The notes beneath the pieces are model-generated. The model was not told where the DNA came from. It saw only the letters and a program-made list of their open reading frames with translations, and did not search any database. Below, piece by piece: positions 26,301-41,300 of a DNA stretch of 64,000 nucleotides; within the stretch, counting starts at the first letter, position 1; the number at the start of each line of letters is the position of its first letter. Source of the DNA: Harriotta raleighana (lineage: Eukaryota); assembly GCA_050575255.1 (NCBI GenBank), contig JBNZDD010013726.1, forward strand, positions 3,547,245 to 3,611,244, read 5' to 3'. A program made the position numbers and the translations under genes.

Positions 26301-29300
26301 AAAGACAACACCCTGCCTTGGAAAACACCTATAAATAATGGACACCATACAAATTGTGTTAAAGAATGCTAATCATAGCAACACTGCTGAAATCTATCCT
26401 CCGTCGTCTTAAGATGGCCTGCAATGGATATCAGGTTTTTGTTTAACAAACATTACGGCCTGGAAGGACACTTAATAATAATCCTTGCATTTGAAATAGT
26501 GCTTTTCACGTCATCTTGACATCTCAAAGCGCTTCACAGAATACATTGTAAAGTGAATTGACAGTATACTTGTTGACAAAACGTGGCAGCCAATTGCGCA
26601 CAGCAGTATCCCACAAACATCTGTGGATTGAAATGACCAATTTATTATTGTTTCGGCTTCGAGTCAGATATTAAATCAAAATTCTATCTGCCTTTTCAGG
26701 TGAACATTAAAGGTCTCCTGGTCCTTTACAAAAAGAGTTATGAAATTTCCTACCGTCCCAGTTTACAATACCTCATGAATTCAAATCAGCGCTGTTGATG
26801 GAACATTGCTTTCTTCAAAGCGACTACACAGTCACTACACTTTACTTCAAAACCTTCTTAAAAGGGTAATTTCTTTGAAGCATCAAACTACCCTGCTTGC
26901 TTGGTGATACCCAATGTCCTTCAGCATTATGAATCATGAACTTTCAAATTGTTGCTAGAAGCTTGGAATATACAGATTTTATTACATACATTGTACGTTC
27001 ATGAATTAGATGACATCACAGTTTGAAAACAACAGAACAGCTCATGGAGGAAGTAAGCAAATTTATCAAACAAGCTAGATTATTCACATGCATAGCTTGC
27101 AATCTTCCAGCAAAATGTGGTGACTAGGGCATTTCAACTGCATTGTTCTACTTCCCAACCCATCTGTTTCTGATTAGAGCAGTTGACATATTGAATATCA
27201 GCAGGAACACAATTGTATTTGATGGCAAGTAAAATGTGCAGCTGGCACTGAAAACAAAATAGCAAGCAATGGGTCTGCGAGGACATTTTTATATATTTAA
27301 AGGCCACAATCATACAGTTTATAGTGCTGAAATATTTATGTTGGAATAATTCTCCATCTATACGTTCTTGATAGGCTCTCAGTCCACTGTCAGTAGATAC
27401 CAAGTTAAATATGCATAATGCAACAGCAGGCAGTAGGGTGTAGCAAAAACACAAACTGTTTTTACAGCACTTACACGCTTCTCTGAAGAGCAGCGTAATA
27501 AAACACTTATGTGCTTGCTGGATTATTTTGTAGAGTAAATCAGCTGCAACTGTTCTAAGCATAATTTAGTTGCAGTATTGTTTGTGGGGCATTGCTGTCC
27601 GCAATTAGCTGCCGCGTTTCATCCACAAATATAATTAACTTCACAATATATTCGGTGAAGCGTTTTGAGACATCTGGAAGACGTGAAAAATGCTATATCA
27701 AATGCAAGGATTATAATTGTATAGCAATAGTATGTCCACATTCAGATCACAAGTTTTGCATAGCACATTCTCAGGCATTTGTAAAACAAATAAGTCAAGC
27801 TTGACTGGGTTTTTTAAAGAAGATTTGGATACTTGCTGTATTGTTCTCATGAACTAAATACTTCTAAACATTTACAAACCATTATGTGATCCCATTAGAG
27901 CAATTCTAACAAGGACAAATGGCTCAGGAGGGCCAACTAAATTTGTGATAAGACCTGCCACATGTCCTCGCGATGTGAAACACACTATATAAATGTAAAT
28001 TATACATGTACGTAGATGACACCCAACTGTACCTCTGCCTCCACCCTTCACTCCAGGACCATTGCTGAGCTAACAAAATATCAAGACAGAGGCCTTCCTG
28101 ATTGGCTCCCACTAGCGCCTCCACATCTCAGGCGCTGACAGCATTACCATCCGTGGATGCACACTCCATCTCACTCAGCCAGTTTGGAACCTTGGCGTCT
28201 TGTTTGACCTTCAAATATCCTTTCTATCCCACATCTGTGGCAATAACTTCTTCGCCTTCCTCCACCTCTGCAACACTGCCCAGCTCCGCCATTGTCTCAC
28301 ATCACCAGCCAACACTCTCGTACATTTTCATAATGTCTAAGCTTGACTATGCAAATTCCTTGCTTATTGCCCTCCACAACTCCCCACTCCACTGGCTCTA
28401 GATCATCCAGAACCTGCAGTCTGTCCTCACCCACACTAAGCTCCATCACCATATCACCCCATCCTCGTCCGACCCCACAGGCATCATACAGAGGATGCAG
28501 TTCAAAATCTTCACCTATAAAACCCTCCATAGCTTCACTACCCCCTACCTCTGCAATCTACTACCCCCTACCTGCTCCCTGCAGTCAGCAGGCTCCGACC
28601 TGCTTCACGTCCCCCGTATCGCCCACCCAACCATTGGGGCAGGCCTTCAGCCACTCTGCCCCCACCCTCTAGAACTCCGTCCCACAATCCCTCCTTGTTG
28701 CCCTATCCCTTGCCTCCTTCAAGACCCTCCTCTTCAACTGTGCTTTTGATCATCCTCCTCCATGCTCTCCACGATCCCTATCCCCAGCTTGGTCTGTCCA
28801 GCTCCTTGAGACAGTCCTCCCAATATGAAAGCTGCTATACAAATGTAATTGTTGCTTATGTAAATAATTGTTGTTGAATTCTTCTTGCTGAATATAGATG
28901 GTGAATTTTTTAATTTCATTTAGTTTTTTGCAATAAAATGTTTTATGCAAATAAAACTCATTCTTGGCATTTTTCTTTCGCATATATAGTGAATGGTCTC
29001 TTCTGTCCTTCAGCACATCATCACAAGCTGGGAAGTGTTCCCAACTGTGTGGAGATAGAAGAAACCACTTGTGAAAAATCTAGGAAGATGTGAAAAGTGC
29101 TTTATTAAATGCAGCGATTATTATATTTATTATCTTTAAAGAACACAATGCCCAATCCAGACATAAATAGGTTATTGTATACAATTACAGTAAATGTGTG
29201 CAATGATTTACATCCAAATGGAAACATACCTAAGGCAGCGTGTGTTGAGAGGCTGAGTGCTCTTCAGTCCACTGAGTAAATACTCAATATCATCTGTAAA

Positions 29301-32300
29301 CTCTTGGTTTTCTCCAAATTCTACAACATCATTGAAGTGTTTCACATGCTGAACCACAGTGTATAACTGAGGAAATAAAACAAAAATTAAATACTTATAG
29401 CAATGTATTGGAACTAAAATTGCAAAACAATAGGGTTCCATTCCAGAGATGCCAAAGTGCAAAACCTGGTGAGGTAATTTTATGCAGCGGAGTATAAAAA
29501 TTGTATCAATGTAAAAAATTACTCCTCTATAATAAGAGGGCAGAATTATTCAGGAATAATTAACATTTGTCACATATTTCATTTATGAAATTTGCAGCTT
29601 AATTAGTTCCAACTTGCAATGCCATCCTTCCAAAACACATTTCGGCAGATGCATCAAAGGTTGGTAGGTAGTTAGTTAGCTATCTATCATTCTTCAAATG
29701 GAAATATCTTTCATATACATGAAGTAAACAAGGAATGCTGCTTTTGATATTAAATGTATAAAAAAAGGAGTTTAAATTTGATACCTCTTTGTCCTCCTTC
29801 CTACATTTCAGTGCAGTTACAATGTCCTGGTATGGTTGGGTTGGTATTGTCACTGTCTTAATTACACGTGGTGGAGGTGGAGGAGCTTTGAAGACACCTT
29901 CATCTTTCTGAGCCGTCTCCTTTAAGGCAACATTGGCCTTTTAATACAATGGAAAAGACAATCAAGGGCCGCAGAACACGCAAGTCAAACTAAAATTTAA
30001 AAAACTTATTTATAAGAGCACTTACAATTTTCTACCAGTTTTGATTACATGTAAAGATTTAAGATACGGTTGTGCCAAAGTTGAGCTGCTACATCCATCA
30101 TTAGTGCTATATTAACTCGTAATAATTTATGGCTTTAAAAATTACTGTAGAAAATATCATGATAAAAAGTGAAGCTAGTAACACAAATTTAGTGAATTTA
30201 AATCTGCACGTTATACTTGTGAAAACTTAACAGTATGCAATTTACCAGATCACTGAGAGGCAATAAGATTATCGTTGAATTCTGAAGTTCACCACTACTA
30301 CCTTAGAAATGAAGAAGTATTAATTAAGGTACCCACCTGTGCTGTCCGAGACTGTGACAGTGGCTGTTTATTTATTGCACTCCCTGGTGCAGTGTGTGAC
30401 AACTGTGGTGCTGGTGGAAGCTCTGGTTCAGGCTGATTCCAGTGTCTGGCATTATATACAGCTTTAGTAGGAGACTGCACAAAAAAATTAAAACAAATAC
30501 TTTTTTAGGCCTATCACATAAACTCTCTTTGCACGTGATCACTTTTCCATGGCATCCTCCTCAACCACCACCAGCAGCCCTGGCCCTGTGAATGGTTTTA
30601 CTGCACATGTGGCGTACTCAAGACTAACTGTGGTCTCCTCCTTTTTCTCAATTACACACTCCCACTCAGTGATATCATCTGCAGACATGGAGTCAACTTC
30701 CACATGCAGGCGGATGACACTCCATTCCAGTTTTCCTCCTCCAGCTGGTACGCCAGGTTTACTGAAGTTGTTTGCTTGATTATCAGATATGAATGGTCTC
30801 AAGGTGTGCCAACTTTCTGTAATTGAATGTCAACAAGACACAAGACATCCTTGTTTCTCTCTTCAATGTCTTTTCATCTATGGCTCCGACCTCCTTAACC
30901 TCCCTAACCTGTCCCTCAGACATACTAAACTTGTGTGCAACCTGGGCATCAGGTTTGATACTCAGCTGCCTTTCCTACCCTATGTTTGATTCCTAACCGA
31001 TTTAGGTGATTATCCAATTTCTAAAGATAAGACGTATACAAGTGTTACTATATATGAAATTCACTTCACTCCAGTATTCTACAAATTACCTTCAAGAAAA
31101 ATGAATACGTCATAGAATCATAGAATCTTACGGTGCAAAAGGAGGCCATTCAGCCCATCGAGTCTGTGCCAGCTCTTTAAAAAGAGCAATTTAATCCCAC
31201 TCCCCAGCTCTCTCCCCTTAACCTCATCCTCCCCACATAACTATTCTCAATGCAAATCAATATCAAAAGTGGTTTTATATATATATATATCTTAGCACTA
31301 AAAGTAAGCATTACAGGAATAAATAAATGCAGTAGAAGATCTATGTAAAGGTTGTTCAACTAATACTGTCAAGATATGAAGGTATGTAAATTTAAAGCAG
31401 ACTTGCTTTGAATATGGCAGAGAAGACTATATATACACCTGGACAGTATTCCGAGACTGTTTAAAAGCACAATTTAAGCACATTTTCCCTCATTCTTTGA
31501 TTTGCTTATATAGATTTGGTCGTAGATATAGCCATCATTTGGACCTTATGCCCTCCCCTTTTACTCAATCAAATGAGACTTTGCATTGCACTGAATTCCG
31601 AATTCATAGCCACAAAAGTGTAAGGCACTATGCATCATGATCAAAGGAACATAAAACCTAACCAATTATATCAAGAGTAAAAATGGCAAAATGGCAGGAC
31701 AGTTGTACAAGTCTACATATGGATTTTTTTTACTATAATGGAAATTAAAATCAATGTGCACCTTATAGAAACTCCAAACATTAATGCAGGACAATAATAG
31801 ACAAAAGACTTACAGTCTACTATAGTTTTGAAACATCTTCAATTCCCCCTCCCCCAGGGAGTGTGCTTTGGCAATTTTCCAATTTTGTTACTTAGTACTG
31901 TCTTCTAATTGGCTGGACATTTTTGTTTGAAGAAAATCTAATTCTCAGGCATTTTTGTTGAATTAAGAATGGTACCTGCAGTGATACACTGCACAGTAAT
32001 GACATTTTTGAATACTTTAAACAGCTACTATTTCAAGATTTTGAAATGTTTAGTAACTTCACAGGTCATACTCTTAGCCTTATTGTTATATTAGATTAGT
32101 CCTCCATTACCATAGCTATATTCTAAATGTAAATAGCTATTGTTTCAAGAGCTTGAAATGTTTACAGTACTTTCTAAATATCCTGCTTAGAATTCAGGAT
32201 CAAATCCATTTTCTTTTTGCTTCCTTCTCCACTTGAACTGCTGCCTGTAAACATTCCTGTAATGGCATAAACATACTTCAAAGGGTGATAGTTTTGGGAG

Positions 32301-35300
32301 AATCAGAGAACCTCTTCTCAGTGTCAAAACTGGTAATGCAGATATCTCATCAGAGAATGTGTCGCAAAAGGATACTGCCTTGTTCATGTCTCTGGCAGTT
32401 ACTTGGTCAGAAAGGATTCTTGGTATAGTACTATTGTTGTGTCAAATGGTCAAGTTAAACAACATATTATTGGCAGAAGAGCTCCAATTTAGTGATAAAC
32501 AGCAGAATGTAAGCAGCTTTGATAGCTTTACTACACAAAATTTCCTGGAATATTTTGCAATCTAGATTTTAAAACCAAATGCTTCAAAGATGGATCAATT
32601 GACAAAGATATTGATAAGTTTGGTAATTATTTGGTTGTTGAAGAGACAATTTTGGGAAGTAAAAATGAAAATTCCTGTCTATAAATCCATCACAAGTAAT
32701 TTGCTTCAGATGACAAAGTTCAGTGCCTTGGGACGTCCTCCCGACGTGAAAGGCACTCTAAAAATGTAATTTTGTTGTTGTTGTGTTGTAAATACCTTTC
32801 TAGTTGAATAAGCTAATGATCAGATCATTTAAATGAAGACGAAGTATCTTTTCGAAAATTCAACATAGTTTTTGAGTGCATGCTCGTAATACAAGGGCTT
32901 GGTATATTTCCTTTGATTGGTGTGCAGAGATAAGCAGCTGTTGCTAAATTCCACATTTCAAACTGGTGGAACCATTCTTAATAGGATTGTGTCCAAGCTT
33001 TGGGCAGGACGATGGTGGTAGTGCTCGCATACATTTTATGTTGAGCTAGGCTACTCAAATGAAGTTACAGGAACGATCCACCTCATCGGGGCTAAAACCT
33101 AGATTATTCAGTTGTCGAATGACCAACTAGTTACTACATTTGATCAACTAGAAGGAAACAGTTTCTTTAGGACTGAGCTAGCTCCAAGGTAATGTGTCTA
33201 GCAACAGAATGTCAAATTAGAGTTGATCCTTTGAAGCTGTTGTGGATCCAAAGTACTCCGAGTCACAGTTGATAACAGACCAACCTATGTCTGTTGTTGA
33301 AACATTCGGAGGAATAGATCAGTCACTGGTAGCATGGATTCTTCCCATTAGTTTCTGTTAATCCCGCAAGCCAAAGCCCTGGATAGAGTAGCCCAAGATG
33401 GAGAAACAGAGAAGCTTGCCAGATAGATTTCCAATGGAAAGTATCTCAATACGCACCCTCAGTTCCCAAGCCTCAAGTCTTGCCAGTCGATGCCTAACAC
33501 TTTCTTGAATTAATTATACAGGTATGTTTTTCAGGGACAAAGTCTCACACCATTCCAAGTAAAGGGGATTTCTCCAATCTGGTTTGGACACTCTTTAAAG
33601 ATGGTGGCAAGTTTCTGCTTCCATCAGAAACATAATGACAATTAACATCTAATGTCTGACTGATATATGTAAGTTTTGCTAAAATAAAGACTATCGAAGT
33701 CATGTCATAGCACATTTTTGCTTTTAGTCTCCAGCTAAACGGAAGTCCCAGAGAAGCTGGTAGCTGTACTTGTGATTTTAGTGAGATATGTATATGAACA
33801 GTACAAAACCAAACTCCAATGCAACAGAACAGTCTCTCAATAAACATTCAATCCACTAAATCTGATTTTAAAAGTTGGATTGGGGAAAAAAGGCTTTTCA
33901 ACACTAAGTCCTACATTTCTTCTCTTTCTTTGTCGCCTACAATAATAATCCTTGCATTTGATTTAGCTTTGTTTCACGTATTCTAAGTGCTTCACAGTAA
34001 TGTGAATTGACTGTATATTTGTGGATAAAATGCGGCAGCCAATTGTGCACAGCAGTGTCCCACAAATAGTTGTGAATTAAACTGACCTATGTTTTTTTTC
34101 TTGAGGGATTATTAATAGCTATATGGAGTAAGGAAACTTGTCAAGGTTTCACCCTGCCGGGAATTGAACCCACGTCTCTCACTTGTGAGGCAAATGCTTT
34201 AACCACTGAGTTACAGGACTCCGCAAACTCTAAGATTTCCACCTTGAAGCTTACGCCAAATACTCCTTCAAGCAAGTCTGCCATTTGGGGTTTCAAAAAT
34301 AACCAGAGCTGCTCAGACATCAGTGAGCAACAGAAGCAATGCGATCAGTCTTGGGAAGCAATGCAGAACAGTATTGGAAAGCAATGCAGATCAGTCTTAT
34401 GAAGCAATGCAGATCAGTATCAGGAAGCAATGCAGATCAGGCCCCTTTCGAGCTTTGGATGCAGATTGTGAGGCACCCAAGCCTGAAAAAGAGATTAACT
34501 ACCTTGTAGGATCTTCTTTGTTCTTTCTGTGTCGGTATCCTTCCCACATCGTTGATTATCCTGCACCGGTAGATATTCTGCCGGGGAAAAACAAAAATCA
34601 CATAGTGATGCCCTCTTAATATCTTGTGATGCCAGGACATCTCCACGTGATTTTTCCTGCTCCATGTATTTAGGAATTATCCTATTTAATGATCAGTAAT
34701 TAATTCTCTCTGACAGTCCCAAAGTAGAAAAATCATACGAACTCAATTCAGACAGAGAATGGGAGCATAATGTGGGAAGGTGCTGCCTCTCTCCCCACTA
34801 ATTCAGCAGCTATCCTGGAGATCAGCCAAGTACCAACATCAAATAACAAGAGAAGATCAGCGATTGCAATGACAGAATGGAGATCTTAGTTGTGCCAAAC
34901 TGATATCTTTGTACCAACTGATATCTTTGTCAGATCTAAGTGTGTTTGATGAAAATTAGCATCTTACTTCATTTTCCAACTTTACAAATATTTCAAAGAA
35001 GCTTGACCAAGGTAGTTCTAAATGCAGCACATGAATTATCTTAAACTTTCACAGAAAATATTTCAATAGTTAATCTGTCAGTTAAAATGCATTCTACTAT
35101 TTACCTATATGAAGCTGTTTAGTCCCAATTTCCTTTGGGATAGGTGACATTGAATAACTGAGAAGATTCTATAAAAAGGTGTGGCATGTTCAGCTGAATA
35201 TACACTCCCTTCCTAGAATCAATGCAACAGTTTTGCTGCTGTAATAAGGAGAATGATAAAGGATATGATGCCTCCTTTAAACGTAGCCAAGATGCAAGTT

Positions 35301-38300
35301 TATGGAAGCACTTCAGATGGAAACCATCCAGTCAGCATGTCACATGAGATAGGGCTGTTGCCTAACAACACTGAAATCTCTCTAAGCCTAGCCTCAGAGA
35401 GCAATACAAGTTCAAATTTTATGTAAAACCAATTGAATATCTCAACTATAGATGAGTGAATTAAAAAAAAAATAGGGGCTGGTGCAGAAAAGAGAATGAG
35501 TTGAGTTGTCAGATCCCTTTCTTAAAGTGGGATATTAATAGATGCTCCTCCATGGCACCTCAGATGGCAAGAATACAAGGGAAAACCCCATAGAAGGCTG
35601 TAATTGTAAAACAAACTTGCTCCTGTATGGCATGTTCCACATAGGATGTACATCTCAAAGATCTTAACAAATACTAAGTTAATTAATAAGAAGTAGGAAG
35701 AAAAACAGATTTAAGGATGTTGAACAAATGCACAGTGTAAGAGATTGGTTTGAAAGGCAAGAACCAAACAAGAAAAAGTAGCGTGAACTTGTGTTACTTA
35801 ACTAGATTTGGAAGAGAAATTTAAATGGAACCATCTCCCATTTGAGGTTTTAGGGCCAATTAGTTCACCCCTTTCCTTGGGGCAACAGTACTGACAAACA
35901 CCAGGTTGTCAAAGAGACGAATTGAAGAACTTCCCCCCAAATCTAAGGATTTATGATCGCAAAATCATGTCATTCGCTGAAATTTCTAAAAACTGGTTTG
36001 TGAGACCAAGGTAGGATAATGAAATCACCTTTGTGTCTCTGCTTTGAGCAACTGTACTGAAGAGCAAGTAAAACGCGAACAATATTCGTTTCCATGAGAA
36101 AGTCAAGATAATTTACTCTCCAAGTCAATTTTCCCACAGCCCTATATTAGTAACATGAGTTGGTTTTTGTCCAAAGAAGACAAGTTGATATCTAAGTAGC
36201 TTCCCATCCTGATGATGCTTTAGATATTGTGGACAGTTTCAAGAAAGAACTATCTGTATGAAACTATCAAAATGAATATGAAACTGCTGATTGTTTCATG
36301 ATTCAGAAAAGGGCAACATCAGAAACTGTGAAGAGCCCAGGGCACTCCATGCAATATTTTAAACAGTAGTGATGAAAAACAGCCCATCTTAACTAAGCGC
36401 AGAATCAAATAGCTGCTATATGCTATAAAGAATGCAATGCGATAGTGCTATAAAGAATGCAAAGCGATAGAATTGACTGTGAAAAACTTTGCAAATTTTT
36501 TTTGAAGAGATTATTTATGCAACCTGAGGAAGATTTCACGGAATTCAGTGGAAAAATATGAATCCCAAGAAACAGAGAAAGCCAAAATAAGAGTTCAATA
36601 TTTATGCAGTAATTTTTTCCAGAAGAATAACAAAAACTGCTGACGTTAAAAGTAGAAAAGCTTTTAAACAATAGCAAGAGCAATGAAGAGGGATATGCAA
36701 TTTCCCTCTCCTGCCAGAATACCTAGCATACTTGTGGAGAATGTTGATATAAGTCATTAGTATTGACCGAAAACAGTTATTTCCCCCAAATGATCTGAAG
36801 ATGCAGCTTAAAAGCTGACGGTCAGCTAAACTGCTCAATAGCAAGAAGCTGAACCAAAATAAAAGGCCTTGACATAGTAAAGTCCTATGTAAATATTTAC
36901 TTTCCAATAATTTCATATAATGGTAGGTTACATTAAGACTATCAATTTTGCAATTGGTGCTTAAAAGAGAAATGCTCCAACATCCATCTACAATCAGAAT
37001 GAACATTATGCACTTACTTTCATCATAACATTTGTAAATTGCACCATTATTCAACAAGAATTCAAGATAGTCTCTAGATTACAAGAACTATATTTCCTAA
37101 TTCAGTTTTCCACAATCTCAGACCAGGCCATAATTTAAATACCTGGATGATTCAGATAACGCAAAATCTGATGTTTAGCTTCCTCTATATTAACAGCTAA
37201 TGGTCAGGATTTCAAAACTTCAAGCATTCTAAGTGAATCACTTATTCTACCTAAACAATATTGTTTTCCTTGCATTAGCAAAGTAATTTGAAGGATCGTT
37301 TTTGTGTTTGCACCTCTCAATTATGTCACTAGCACATCTGTAGAAGAGAGTATTTTAGAAAAGTATTTAATAATAATCCTTATATTTGTTATAGCGCTTT
37401 TCACACGTCTTCTAGACGTCTCAAACCGCCTTCACAGGATATACTGTAAAGTGAATTGACTGTATATTTGTGGGTGAAACTTGGCAGCTAATTGTGCACA
37501 GCAGTGTCCCTCCCACAAACAGTCGTGGATTGAAGCAAGCAATTTTTTTTATTTTTTTTTACTGAAAATGCTTATTATCAAGCATGTGGAGTAAGAAAAC
37601 TTGCCCATGTAATGTAAATGTAATAAGTCAGCAGACTACTCAACAGTAGAAAAACAGAAGTCTGTGTAACCAAGGAGCAAAAATACAAACATTATGCACT
37701 GCATATTATAATAGTTTCTCCTAAAAACACCAGACTCTTCTGAACTGATACATGTCTACTGTTGCAGCAAGCACAAAACAACAAAGTTACATTTAAAGAG
37801 CACATTTCACATTGGGAAGACGTCCCAAGGCGCTGAGCAGTCAGGAGTCACGACCCAAGCATGGGCGAGGGATGGTGTAGGGGTAACGGAAGGCAGAGAT
37901 GTGCGGGGGCATCTGAAGGCACGGTCGAAAAGGAGGGTCTTGAGACCGGGCTTGAAGAAGCCAAGGGAGGCAGAGGGATTGTGGGATCGAGTGTGGGGGC
38001 AAAGAAGCTGAAAGTCAAGGCCACTGATGGTACGGCGGGAGACATGGAGCAGACCAGAACCCACTGAACGGAGGGAGTGAGCAGGTTGGTTGGGACACAA
38101 GCTTGTGATCTCCCACTTTTCTTTCACAAGATGCAATTTCTAAGAAACTTAGAGAACAGATTTTGCAACTGCATCACTCTGTGATATCAACTGCACCACT
38201 GTACAACACATTAGAATAAAAGGGCGTGGTGGAGAAAAAGATGGAACAGACATGCAATGCATTTATTAAGGTGAGCCATGTCAATATTGAAAAAAATCTG

Positions 38301-41300
38301 TGTTCTACTTTTGAAGACACAGTGCCATATATGCGATAACCCAGTGCAGATTCCTTAGGCTTGCTTTTTTTTCTATTTAATAGGTCTTATTCCCAAACGC
38401 AGAAAAGCACCAATATGAACGTTTCTATTCCCAAAGGTCGTAAGTGAGATCGCCAATTTAGAGGCAATTTCCCCATCCTCACAGAAACTAGATTGAGACT
38501 GCTCATCTCATTTCATATAACATATATAATAGAGGACAAAGAGAGGATATGTTATTAATATCTCCAATTTGAATGGAGGCAAACAAAAGTTACATTAATC
38601 TTCTGTTGCATCTAGTCTTCGACTTGCCTTTATGGAATCTCAGGACTAGTTACTCAGAGCTCTCACACCATCTTATCGCCACAAATGGCATCCCTCCTAG
38701 TCCCCACACCATCTTGTGCGCCATTCCTCAGAGCTCTGTCCTTGGGGTCTCCTCTTCAGTATCTACATGCTTCCCCTTGATAACATCATTCAGACATGGG
38801 GTCAACTTTCACATGTTTGCAGATGACACCACCACCTCACTCATCAGGCTGCCGAACCCTCATCGTGCATTCATCACATCTAGGCTCGACTATGGCATCT
38901 TCCACTACGTCAGCCTCCCCAACTCTTCCCTCTACAAGCTGAAGATCATCCAGAACTCTGCAGTTTGTGCCCTCTCCCACAACAGCCATCACCATCATCC
39001 TTGATCCACTGTCTCCCTATTCCCCAGAGGATAGAGTTCAAAATCCTCGCCCTTGCCTTGAAGGCCCGCCATGGCCTTGCCCTTCCCTACCTCTGCGACC
39101 TGATGACCCCACATCAACCTTTCCGTTCGCTCTGTTCAGCAATATTCAGTCTGCTCCATGTCCTCTGGCGAGCCCACCTGGCTATCGGCAGCCAGGCCTT
39201 CAGCCTTTCTGTCTCCACCCTATGGAACTCCATCCCATTCTCCTCGCCTCACTCCCTCCCTTGCCTCCATCAAGGTGTGTCTCAAAACCCTCCTCTTGGA
39301 CCGAGCCTTTGGCCACCCTCCTACCCTTCCCAATCCCAACTATCAGTCCATTGTATATGCCCTCCCGACATGAAAAGCACTATACAAGTGGAATTTTGTT
39401 GTTGAGGGTTTAGTTAGATTACCTTAGGTTTCCATTATGTTTTGGGGATTTCGTCAATTTTCGGAATAAAATATCATTTAAATATCCAGCTTGTTTGGTC
39501 ACCTCAAGTTCTGCATCATACATGTGGATGGATCTATTGTGACACACCATCACATGAATATAATGACCCAATATCCTAATGGTGAAATGATACCTTTGCA
39601 TATCCTGGAACCTGTAGAATGAACGTGTCTTTCAGAAATTTGATCACCATCCTGCTATCTTGCTGAGATCAAGAACATGCTAGCTTTTGTGTTTTGCTTC
39701 CAAACTTCAGTTGACACTATCAGTTGTGACAAGGTCAGATATTTTCTCAAGGCACCAGTGGTAATTGACAGGAAAATACAGCATGTTTTGCCCTGTCACA
39801 CGGAACCAAGGTCCAGTATTGACATGTCCGTTTATCATGCTGTTAGGGCCTGCTGGTGGGCCAGAATGATGCATTCAAAGCTGAGCCTCAACACAACAGG
39901 AGTTGATAACAGTTTAAAAGACACTGTGTTCCCCTAGGCCAATCCACACAAGATCAAATACACAGGGCCATTTTAGGCACAAATAAGAAACATTATATTC
40001 TCCCACCTTTAGTACAAGTTGTAGATTGCAACCAAATCATTTGACAGTTATGTTTTCTGGCATCAAAGAGAAAACTAAAGGCAGATTGAGATTTATGCAG
40101 GTAGGGCAAAGCAATCTTACATATAAAGAGATTGTTTATACAGTATTAATCTGATGATTAAATGGATTCCTTATAGCTCAGCAAATTTGAATTCATTCAC
40201 CATAGGTATTTAAGTAGAAGGTCAAGTGAAACTTACAGGGCAAATAAACAAATGTTTTATTAGAGGAATAAAATGTGCAAAATTAGCACAAGAAATTTCA
40301 AAAGATTGGATTTTACCAAATTGCTAAAATCAACTGTTGTGGAAGGAACATAATCTAAGAGGTCATTTTTTATTTGTGGGTCAAGATAGAAGTTTGAGAT
40401 CTCAGAAGCTATTACACTAAATATAAATCTTGTTCTCACTGGATATTCATACATGCATATTTCACATGAAAGTTCAATGAATACTGTGTGGGCCTGGAGA
40501 TTTATACCCCACCAATCCCAGGACAGTAGGCCAAACAAGCACATCTATTGCAACTACAGTACAAAATGGGGTCTAAACCTGGAACTTTCCTGGTCTGCAC
40601 AGTCCAGCTATTAATTTAGTATTATCTGAAATACAACTGTAGCAAATATTTAACTTGCATCAAAATAATATTTGCATTTGATATTGTGCTTTTATCAATC
40701 TTCGTGGAAGCCCACTCTATCCACGGACAACCTTGGGATTCCATTTCACATTCATTTGTGATTTAAAAAACATTTATTTAAAACTCCATTGTTCCATTCA
40801 TTCATGTCTAGAACATTGCTTGTTTATGACTTTACTTCACCTACACTGTAGCTAATACTCCAAATTCTGCTTTTTGCACATCAAAGAATTTCCAATATGT
40901 TGCATCCATCTCTCTAGCCTCCATAAGTTCTTACAAATGTAAACCTTGCTACAATTTTTGTTTTTTTGCACAGGCTCCGCACAATATTTTCACTAAAATA
41001 ACTTTGCTGCAATCGTTCTTTGTACGGGTCAGATCAACATTAACATCCTTGTTCTAGCATTTTAATTATTTCACTTCCTCCACCTCAATTCTCTTGCACA
41101 GACCCTCTGCCATTCTGATTCTCAATTATTGTTCATTCTTCACCTCCTACTATTTATGATGGAGCTTTTAGCCATAATGCCCATTCTTTGGAGATCTGCT
41201 CCAAATGTAATAAGACATTTTAATCAGCAATAAAAGACAGAATCCCTTTTCAGTTCAAGTACAATCAGTGGATACTTAAATACCATAGAAGTTGGCAGAA

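Noticed and set aside
27134-27562. 142-aa intronic ORF (also 8663-9052, 36602-37057, 11740-12096)
   Set aside because: No recognisable domain or splice context; compatible with chance ORFs or unidentifiable old repeats
34333-34440. Regular short repeats resembling a CRISPR array
   Set aside because: No unique spacers, eukaryotic intron, no cas genes; ordinary minisatellite
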